This document shows positions 1-6,977 of a stretch of 64,000 nt of DNA, in pieces. A model generated the notes under the pieces. It was not told the DNA's origin and did not search any database. It saw only the letters and a program-made list of their open reading frames with translations. Positions within the stretch are counted from its first letter, which is position 1. Each line of letters begins with the position of its first letter. Source of the DNA: a virus; IMG/VR virus record IMGVR_UViG_3300045988_129382, positions 32,001-96,000 of that record; one strand, written 5' to 3'. The position numbers and the translations under genes were made by a program.

Positions 1-942
1 ACTTTAAATGCAGATAAACATGTTGTATTTATTGATGCTTTGAATGGGTTTAGAATGATTTCAGATATTGCTAAATCTAAAGACGGTACATACATTACAT
101 TAGATTATGAGATTGATAAGTATCTTAATTGCAATACTAATTATATGGGTACTATTAATAGTGACTCTTTATTAACATGTTCTGATATGGTGTTTCCTTT
201 AGATAGTAAATATTGGTATGTTAAAGATGTAAACAACTATAAGCCTTTAGTGTCTATAGTTGAGAAACGATATAAAGGTATGGAAGTGGTATTACGACTT
301 GTCACTAATATGTTATTTACTATCTTTTACGAGATTAATGCTAAGGATATTAAAACAGTATCTATTGGTGTAGAGGATTTCAAAGATTATAGTAAGTTAT
401 CGTTCATTGTTAAGACATATGATGGTAGGGTTGAGACATATCCTTTACTTATTAATGATACATTTAGTTACGCCGTGTATAGTCTATTTCATGAAGATAG
501 TGGGTATCAGATTTATGATGCTACATTAAAGGAAGTATATGATATCCTATCTGAAGTCATGGATATGATGGTTTCTAGTTTTAATTTCATTGATTTTGAC
601 GAGGATATTTTTAATGTGGTTGATAATTTACGGAAGTTATCTGTAATAGTTAATTCTTGTGATAAGAAAGAGGGAGAAAAAATGAAAGTAGTACATACTA
701 AGGAAACAAAATTAGTACGTTCTAGTGAATCTAGAAATCTTATGTTAGCTAAAGATTTAGCATTAGAGTTTATTGATAGTGGTTATGATGTGATTATGCG
801 TGATGGTGATGATTTAGTAGTATATTCTAATACTGATACATCAATGCAAGAATATGTACCTAAGTCTTTACATAAGGTATTTTATGATGTAGATAAGTTA
901 GATTTGTTGCCATTATCTTATTACGTGTATATGTGTAAATAA
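1..942 (+). CDS. Hypothetical early protein, 5' end probably outside the window
   Basis: The reading frame is open from nt 1 (TLNADKHVVFIDAL precedes the listed start at 40). No catalytic motif was recognised. The last ~85 codons (nt 682-942) resemble the C-terminus of the next gene. Confidence 0.6.
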   Translation, partial: TLNADKHVVFIDALNGFRMISDIAKSKDGTYITLDYEIDKYLNCNTNYMGTINSDSLLTCSDMVFPLDSKYWYVKDVNNYKPLVSIVEKRYKGMEVVLRLVTNMLFTIFYEINAKDIKTVSIGVEDFKDYSKLSFIVKTYDGRVETYPLLINDTFSYAVYSLFHEDSGYQIYDATLKEVYDILSEVMDMMVSSFNFIDFDEDIFNVVDNLRKLSVIVNSCDKKEGEKMKVVHTKETKLVRSSESRNLMLAKDLALEFIDSGYDVIMRDGDDLVVYSNTDTSMQEYVPKSLHKVFYDVDKLDLLPLSYYVYMCK

Positions 943-961
943 TTGAAAGGTGGATTAGGTT

Positions 962-3274
962 ATGATATACAATACAGAAGAGATACGCTTAACACCAGAG
1001 GATTATGTAAGATGCATTGAGTTGTTTTATACGTTAAAAGCCCGTGGTAATCGTCATGGTTATGATTCTAAAATCACTTCTATTGAGGAGATGGGAATAG
1101 ACTTTAATGGTGCTTTCTTTAATTTTGATTTAAGTAGTGATATAGTTGAGCAGTTTGATATGTTATCTAATATGACAATTAAGACTGTGTTAGATAAATT
1201 ACGCTTTATCATGACTCATGCTATCTATAGCTTGTATGAAGTACAGGAGTTATTGAAGCAGAATAAAACAGCATATCGATTGTGTCCTAATTTCACTCTT
1301 AATGCATATTTAGAAGGAAATGTATTTAAGAATGTTCTTAACTATCTATTAGAGTGTAATAGATTGTATAATTACTTTGTAGATGGTGATTATACTAATT
1401 GTTGTATTCGATATGTACATGATGATTTTAAAAACCCATTTCATATGTACAATAATAAGGGTGAGGATGTTCCAATGACATCTCCTATTATTCAACACGT
1501 AGCATTTACATCTAGAAAAGAAATAGCTGTACATGAGGTTATTGAGAATATTCATGCTGTTATGTTTATGTTGTCTAAACTACATCTTGATAAACTTAAA
1601 ACACTACGTAATATATATCAAGATGAATTAGAGGGTGTTAGCAATGGGTATCAGACTCATGTACGTTACAATGATACGAGAGATGTAGGATTGATTAATA
1701 CATTGTATATCAATTTACCTAAAGAGATTAAGAGTACAGATGTGGAGCATATCAATACTGTTAGATTGATTAGGGATGTGGTTGATGCAATTACTATTGG
1801 TGTAACTTGTAATTATTCTTGTGAGAAAGATAAGATAACTGTGTTTGATATCGTAAGTGCTATGGTATGTCATTCAGATACATTGTTACGTGATACATAT
1901 GGTAATGGGTATACAAATTATAGTGCAACTACTAAAGTATTTTTAGATAAAATGGGTTGCAATGGACTTAGTAAGCATATCTCACAGGCTATGATGTTGT
2001 ATATTATTTATTACTTTAGATACAAAATTAAGAATGATACATATCTTAGGTTAGAGCGGTTGAAACGTGCATTAGAGTTTAAAAATGGTACATTTGATAC
2101 TGATGTAACATGTAAAGATGGTCATATTTTAATTCTTAATCGTAGATATCGTGAGAGAGAAGAATTGATAGGGACTATTATTAATTTTAATACGTTACCA
2201 GTTAAAGAGTCCGACTATACTACTATTATTCCTAGTGTATTATGCATGATGGTCGATGTGCTTAGGGTAGTAGGTGCTATATGGTATCATCATGCTAGAT
2301 TTACTACTCCTATGCATATGGTTCAGCTTATGTGTGAATTAAAGTACGAGAATTATGATAATCTATTTTGCGAGTATTATACAAGTAGTGATACGTTTAA
2401 ATTAAAGCCAGATACATATTGTACTAATAGTGATGACGATATACATATTAATTGGTATCATTATGGGAATACAGTATTACCTACATATGGTACATATGAT
2501 ATAAATACTATCTTAAAAGACACAGTATTTGTTAATAGTGGATATCTCACTGAGGCTAGAATGGGTTTAATCACTTTGTTGAAAGTGGTTGACGATACAC
2601 TAAAAGATGATACTAAAGAGGTTGATAGTTTAGAGTTACGATATAATATGTCTGACTATAATTACAATATGGAGTTTCATATTACATTTACAGATGGTGA
2701 GACAGTAGTTAGACATACAGAGTTTAACCTAGCTGATTTCTATTATCTATATGGGTTATTATTATATTGTGAGAGTGTTGGTTGGAAATCTTCTTTATTT
2801 AATTATAAGATGGATATCTACTCTTTTAAGACAACAATTAAAGACATGGCTTATAGAATTAATGCTGTTGCTAAAGAATTCTATACATTTAATGGTGATT
2901 TAATCGACAATGATGAGTATAGTATGTTGGAGTCTGTTATGAGTCATGCTAAGGGGTATAAAAAGTCTTTGGGTTCTAGTCAAGTTGTAAGGGAAGATAA
3001 AGAGGTTAAAGAAGTGGATACAGAAGTAGTTGACCCTGTTGTTGAGGTATTAACTAAGTATAGTGATGAAGTTGATGTCAAATATATAGCTAGGGTATTA
3101 TCTAATGAGTTCATGTTGAGTGGATATGATTATATCGTTGTAAAAGACGATAAGATGAAAGTATACTCTACAGATGGTAGTAAGTGTCAGGTCATTGCCA
3201 AACCTTTACATAGATTCTTCTATAATGCTGATACGATAGATAAATTACCATTGTTGTATTATTTAATTGATTAG
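962..3274 (+). CDS. Large hypothetical early protein (770 aa)
   Basis: Long uninterrupted ORF with an SD-like AAAGGTGG upstream of the ATG. No family was recognised by eye. Its C-terminal SGYDYIVVKDDKMKVYS...KPLHRFFYNADTIDKLPLLYYLID parallels the C-terminus of the upstream gene. Confidence 0.8.
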   Translation: MIYNTEEIRLTPEDYVRCIELFYTLKARGNRHGYDSKITSIEEMGIDFNGAFFNFDLSSDIVEQFDMLSNMTIKTVLDKLRFIMTHAIYSLYEVQELLKQNKTAYRLCPNFTLNAYLEGNVFKNVLNYLLECNRLYNYFVDGDYTNCCIRYVHDDFKNPFHMYNNKGEDVPMTSPIIQHVAFTSRKEIAVHEVIENIHAVMFMLSKLHLDKLKTLRNIYQDELEGVSNGYQTHVRYNDTRDVGLINTLYINLPKEIKSTDVEHINTVRLIRDVVDAITIGVTCNYSCEKDKITVFDIVSAMVCHSDTLLRDTYGNGYTNYSATTKVFLDKMGCNGLSKHISQAMMLYIIYYFRYKIKNDTYLRLERLKRALEFKNGTFDTDVTCKDGHILILNRRYREREELIGTIINFNTLPVKESDYTTIIPSVLCMMVDVLRVVGAIWYHHARFTTPMHMVQLMCELKYENYDNLFCEYYTSSDTFKLKPDTYCTNSDDDIHINWYHYGNTVLPTYGTYDINTILKDTVFVNSGYLTEARMGLITLLKVVDDTLKDDTKEVDSLELRYNMSDYNYNMEFHITFTDGETVVRHTEFNLADFYYLYGLLLYCESVGWKSSLFNYKMDIYSFKTTIKDMAYRINAVAKEFYTFNGDLIDNDEYSMLESVMSHAKGYKKSLGSSQVVREDKEVKEVDTEVVDPVVEVLTKYSDEVDVKYIARVLSNEFMLSGYDYIVVKDDKMKVYSTDGSKCQVIAKPLHRFFYNADTIDKLPLLYYLID

Positions 3275-3281
3275 GTGTGCT

Positions 3282-3509
3282 ATGGATGGTGTTAATGCTA
3301 TATTAAATTATGCATATGGTGTGTATTCTATACTAGGGATTTCATTATATGTATTCATTGTATTGTTGATAAGTGTTGTGAGTGGTATTAGTAAGTCATA
3401 TCAGTTAGATGAGTTTTGTAAAGTATATGCTAGGGTGTCTATACTGTTATCATTAGCATTTGTTGTTATCGTGTCTATTATTAATACCGTATCATTTATA
3501 TTAGAGTAG
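3282..3509 (+). CDS. Small membrane protein
   Basis: Start moved to ATG 3282, with AGGTG just upstream and right after the previous stop. The product is almost entirely hydrophobic, with about two TM segments. Confidence 0.55.
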   Translation: MDGVNAILNYAYGVYSILGISLYVFIVLLISVVSGISKSYQLDEFCKVYARVSILLSLAFVVIVSIINTVSFILE

Positions 3510-3526
3510 CATTATGGGGGGAGTGT

Positions 3527-3718
3527 ATGGACAGTATTTCTACAAGTGTATTAGATGTATTACAGCGTTTAGGGATTGAATATATCAGACGAGATGAAAG
3601 TAATAATTACTATATGGTAACAGATGGTGGTGAAAAGATTTCATGTGATGAATTCTTTAGGGTTGTTTGTATGCATGTGTTACAGGGTAGTGAAGAGATG
3701 TATGTAGATAAGAAATAG
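3527..3718 (+). CDS. Hypothetical protein (63 aa)
   Basis: Strong SD (GGGGGGAG) 5 nt upstream of the ATG. The ORF ends just before a terminator. Confidence 0.65.
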   Translation: MDSISTSVLDVLQRLGIEYIRRDESNNYYMVTDGGEKISCDEFFRVVCMHVLQGSEEMYVDKK

Positions 3719-3723
3719 TTTAA

Positions 3724-3762
3724 AGAGGTAGTTAAAAGAGGTAGTTAAAAGAGGTAGTTAAA
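3724..3762 (+). repeat. Three perfect tandem copies of the 13-bp unit AGAGGTAGTTAAA
   Basis: Read directly: units at 3724-3736, 3737-3749 and 3750-3762. Each copy carries the left arm of the downstream terminator stem. Confidence 0.95.
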
Positions 3763-3777
3763 ACCTACCTCTTTTTT
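3750..3777 (+). terminator. Intrinsic terminator
   Basis: Stem AGAGGTAG (3750-3757) pairs with CTACCTCT (3765-3772), with a 7-nt loop, followed by a T-run. Confidence 0.8.
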
Positions 3778-3786
3778 ATTTAATAC

Positions 3787-3815
3787 TTTACAATACTTTA
3801 CACCTATGTTATACT
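3787..3815 (+). promoter_or_regulatory. Sigma-A-type early promoter (TTTACA-17-TATACT)
   Basis: TTTACA at 3787-3792, an exact 17-nt spacer, TATACT at 3810-3815. The spacer contains a second ACTTTACA box. Confidence 0.65.
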
Positions 3816-3869
3816 ATATATGTACCAGTTAGGTAGTAAATATATTGTCTTTCAAAAGGAGAAACAAAA

Positions 3870-4049
3870 ATGGAAATGTTAAGTGGTTTACCTTGTATCT
3901 TAGTTATTGTATGGGGTTTAGCTTATGTGTGGTTTATTTCAAAAGGTTATAGACCTACTAAGTGGTATAAATTAATTGGTATCATTCTAGTAGTATTATC
4001 TCTATTAGATGTATTTGTTATCAATGCAGATTTATACCCTAAGTATTGA
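3870..4049 (+). CDS. Small membrane protein (59 aa, below the ORF-track cutoff)
   Basis: AAAGGAG SD 8 nt upstream of ATG 3870. Translation MEMLSGLPCILVIVWGLAYVWFISKGYRPTKWYKLIGIILVVLSLLDVFVINADLYPKY has two hydrophobic segments. Confidence 0.55.
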   Translation: MEMLSGLPCILVIVWGLAYVWFISKGYRPTKWYKLIGIILVVLSLLDVFVINADLYPKY

Positions 4050-4081
4050 GTTACTTAGGGTATATCAGAAGGGGATATAAA

Positions 4082-4234
4082 ATGATTGTAGTAGCTTTCG
4101 TGGTAATTGTAGTTATGGTGTATGTAACTATGGTTGGTAGTAAAATTCATGAAGAGTGTGATAGATATGATTCTATTAAGACATATAACACTCTTAAAAA
4201 TGATAGAGAGTTTCTTAGAAAGATTGGGGGTTAA
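4082..4234 (+). CDS. Small membrane protein (50 aa)
   Basis: Start moved from TTG 4046 to ATG 4082, which has AAGGGGA upstream. The N-terminal segment IVVAFVVIVVMVYVTMV is a likely TM. Confidence 0.5.
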   Translation: MIVVAFVVIVVMVYVTMVGSKIHEECDRYDSIKTYNTLKNDREFLRKIGG

Positions 4235-4236
4235 TT

Positions 4237-4659
4237 ATGTTTTTACCTGTAATTGGTTTATGCATACTGTTATTGCTTGTATATGTAGCAGTAACATTGT
4301 TTAAGATTAGAAAGAATTATCACTTTAAAGATGCTAGTCATTTTGAAGTGGTAACTGTAGAGAGGGATACTAATTTAATTCCTTTCATTGTTGATTTTAT
4401 TGGTAAGTTGGTTCTACCTATGGCTGTTTTAACTGTGGAAAGTTATACATGGTGTGCTATTTTGTTATTTGTATTTGTTATCTTCGGTTTTTATTCTATT
4501 CGTGTAGATATGAATTTCTTATATGCGTTAATTTTTAATGTGTATAAAGTTAAGACAGAAGATGGTATTGTATATACAGTATTCTCTTTTGAAGACATTA
4601 CCACTATTACTAGTGGTAAATACTTGGAGGTTGGTAATGGTGTCCTCTTATACAGATGA
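4237..4659 (+). CDS. Membrane protein (140 aa)
   Basis: ORF with several hydrophobic segments, tightly packed after the previous stop. Confidence 0.65.
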   Translation: MFLPVIGLCILLLLVYVAVTLFKIRKNYHFKDASHFEVVTVERDTNLIPFIVDFIGKLVLPMAVLTVESYTWCAILLFVFVIFGFYSIRVDMNFLYALIFNVYKVKTEDGIVYTVFSFEDITTITSGKYLEVGNGVLLYR

Positions 4660-5107
4660 AGTAAATACTAAGCATCATATCATTAATAGTGAGATAACAA
4701 GACCACATCTTGTTAAGGCATTAGATAAAGATGATGCTACAAAAGAGTATATTGGTTTTTATTATGGGTATGTTATTAAGCATAGTCATTTTACAGATGA
4801 GCGTAAGGATTATCTGTTACTCATTGATGAAGCTACATTACAAAAAGATGCAAGTGTGTCTAGGGTAGAGATTGATTATAATACGATTAGGAAGTCTACT
4901 GGTGTGTTAGATAATAATGGTAGGTTGTTATTTGTAGGGGATATCATTTCTTTTGTTAATAGGGATGATGTTAAATATATTATTGTTAAGGGTTACAATG
5001 GTTTTTGTTATATGGGTATAGATAACAAAGACACAACAAAGATTCCTTTAATGTGTAATAAGTATAAAGATAATGTTAATACAGATATTGTATATGTGGA
5101 GGGTTAA
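4637..5107 (+). CDS. YopX-like protein
   Basis: Start moved to ATG 4637 (SD TTGGAGG upstream). The motif STGVLDNNGRLLFVGDIISF resembles the YopX-family signature (D.NG..I.EGDI). Confidence 0.5.
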   Translation: MVSSYTDEVNTKHHIINSEITRPHLVKALDKDDATKEYIGFYYGYVIKHSHFTDERKDYLLLIDEATLQKDASVSRVEIDYNTIRKSTGVLDNNGRLLFVGDIISFVNRDDVKYIIVKGYNGFCYMGIDNKDTTKIPLMCNKYKDNVNTDIVYVEG

Positions 5108-5110
5108 GAT

Positions 5111-5395
5111 ATGTCAGTTGAATTGATTACATCACAAATCAGTACATTAGAAGAGAGAATTAAGGTTTCAAAACAATTATTATCTAAAATTGATAATTTA
5201 AGTGATACAGATACAAATACAATGAAGAAACAAATTAATGATTGCATTGTAAGTTTTGAGGTTCTTAATTTCTTGTTAATGGAACGTCAAGTCATTGAAA
5301 CAAAGGAAGAAGAACTTAATTCTGTACTAAATACAGCAGAAGATGTAGAAGTTCCTACACAGACTGTAGGTTTAGATGGTGATATCATTGAGTAG
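5111..5395 (+). CDS. Acidic coiled-coil-like hypothetical protein
   Basis: 94-codon ORF rich in E/L/K heptad-like sequence, tightly coupled to the upstream stop. Confidence 0.6.
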   Translation: MSVELITSQISTLEERIKVSKQLLSKIDNLSDTDTNTMKKQINDCIVSFEVLNFLLMERQVIETKEEELNSVLNTAEDVEVPTQTVGLDGDIIE

Positions 5396-5594
5396 TTTAG
5401 CGTTAAGTATTATAGGTGGGTTTGTTTTAATCGTACCTACAGTGTTGTTTCTATACGTTATGATTCAATTATTGTTTAGAGTATTAAGAAATGATATAAT
5501 ATTTTCTAGTGGATTTATACATTTATTAGTTGTATATGCTATCGTATTTAGTATTTGTTTTATTGGTGCATATGTTGTATACATATGTAATTAA
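5376..5594 (+). CDS. Small membrane protein
   Basis: Hydrophobic 72-aa product with about two TM segments. The start is uncertain because it overlaps the upstream gene by 20 nt. Confidence 0.45.
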   Translation: MVISLSSLALSIIGGFVLIVPTVLFLYVMIQLLFRVLRNDIIFSSGFIHLLVVYAIVFSICFIGAYVVYICN

Positions 5595-5605
5595 GAGGTG
5601 ATGCA

Positions 5606-6178
5606 ATGGCAAGTAAGGATTATATTTTTAAAATGTTAGCCGCAAGTTCTCACAGTAAGGATGCTAGGGAAGAACATGATTTTTATTCAACAGAGCCTAA
5701 GGCTGTTGAGGATTTGTTGCGTTATGTAGATTTACAGCATAAAGTTACTGAGCCTAGTTGTGGGAATGGTAATATTGCTAATGTGTTACTTTCTCATGGG
5801 CATGAGGTAGATGCTTATGATTTAATTGATAGGGGTTTTGGTTATACAAAAGACTTCTTATCTGATAATACTCAGATTGATGGTGATATCGTAATGAACC
5901 CACCATACAAATATGCTATGGAACATGTATCACATGGTATGAGTATTTTAAAAGATGGAGGGAAGTTATGTGCTTTTCTTAAAGTACAGTTTCTTGAAAG
6001 TCAAAAACGTAAACCTTTGTTTGATGCATATCCATTAAAGTATATGTATGTGTTCAGAAAACGTACTAATTCTTATCGCAATGATGATAGGAGTTTAGGT
6101 GGTAGTGCTGTGTGCTATTGTTGGTATGTGTGGGAAAAAGGCTATAAAGGTGAGCCTACTATTCGCTGGATTGACTAA
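5606..6178 (+). CDS. N6-adenine DNA methyltransferase (orphan)
   Basis: SAM-binding motif I-like EPSCGNGNI is followed by catalytic motif IV DIVMNPPYKY. A good SD (AAGAGGTGA) is present. No adjacent restriction endonuclease gene was seen. Confidence 0.75.
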   Translation: MASKDYIFKMLAASSHSKDAREEHDFYSTEPKAVEDLLRYVDLQHKVTEPSCGNGNIANVLLSHGHEVDAYDLIDRGFGYTKDFLSDNTQIDGDIVMNPPYKYAMEHVSHGMSILKDGGKLCAFLKVQFLESQKRKPLFDAYPLKYMYVFRKRTNSYRNDDRSLGGSAVCYCWYVWEKGYKGEPTIRWID

Positions 6179-6263
6179 TTAATAGAGTATTTGTATGTAA
6201 GTATGCTTAAATCTGTTGTATACTATTATATACAAATACTTTTATATTATAGGGGGGATTAAA

Positions 6264-6962
6264 ATGGATAAGTATGGTAGAGTTATTTATGATAAAAATT
6301 TTCATACTAAAAACTTCATACTACACTATAAGAATCTGATTGATGTAAATAAGTTTAAAGCAGATAGGGTTTCTTATGGTAAGCGTATTGATATGTTATC
6401 TAAGCTGTTGTCTAACATAGATATTAATAAGAATATCCTATTTATTGGTGGGCAGGACATACATCGTGAGTTATTCTTGGCTATGTTGAGTAAGTTTGAA
6501 ACATTACAATCGTATTACTATTGTAGTATGATGCAATTACATGATATCTTTTGGGGTAATAGGGGTAGTGAAAATACTCATTTAATGGATGAGGATAAGA
6601 TGTATTCTCTACAGGATATTACTGAACGTGTATTGTGTTTGTACATCAATAGGGAAATGATTCCTACACGTAATGCTAGTGTAGTTGGTACTGTTATCAC
6701 TAATCGATGTATGTTACCTAATAAAGTAAATTGGTTATATTTTCATGGTTTTACATCTGATATGCTAGATAGAGATGGTTTTAAGTCTATTTATGATTTA
6801 TTTAAGTCAGGTGATACATTTACTATTATAGATTTAAATAAAGATATTCCTACTATCTTTAATGAAGATGTTAAGGTTAGCAAAAAGCGTAAAAGTACTA
6901 CAAATAAAGTTGTTAAAGAAGAGATAGTAGAGACTTCTAACAATGTTTCTGATTTATATTGA
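6264..6962 (+). CDS. Hypothetical protein directly upstream of the helicase
   Basis: Start moved to ATG 6264 (SD AGGGGGGA). NILFIGGQDIHRELFLAML has the layout of an AAA+ P-loop region but lacks GK[ST]. Function is unknown. Confidence 0.6.
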   Translation: MDKYGRVIYDKNFHTKNFILHYKNLIDVNKFKADRVSYGKRIDMLSKLLSNIDINKNILFIGGQDIHRELFLAMLSKFETLQSYYYCSMMQLHDIFWGNRGSENTHLMDEDKMYSLQDITERVLCLYINREMIPTRNASVVGTVITNRCMLPNKVNWLYFHGFTSDMLDRDGFKSIYDLFKSGDTFTIIDLNKDIPTIFNEDVKVSKKRKSTTNKVVKEEIVETSNNVSDLY

Positions 6963-6977
6963 TAAGGGAGTGAGTTA

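Noticed and set aside
580-620. IDFDEDIF in the first ORF as a DxDxD catalytic motif of a non-canonical RNA polymerase.
   Set aside because: It is a single short acidic motif with no surrounding double-psi beta-barrel context that I can recognise. Such a motif is likely to occur by chance in an acidic, AT-rich-encoded protein.
3724-3762. Tandem 13-bp repeats as a CRISPR-like or iteron array.
   Set aside because: The three units are contiguous with no spacers, and they are part of a terminator stem. This is not CRISPR architecture. An iteron function cannot be supported from three copies next to a T-run.
4538-4636. N-terminal extensions given by the ORF track (4538, 4046, 6216, 12054, 13309, 13572, 13986, 48764, 54200, 62503, 63074 and others).
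   Set aside because: The extended starts lack SDs and overlap the preceding gene. In each case an internal ATG or GTG preceded by a GGAGG-like SD at 5-10 nt gives a tighter, non-overlapping gene model.
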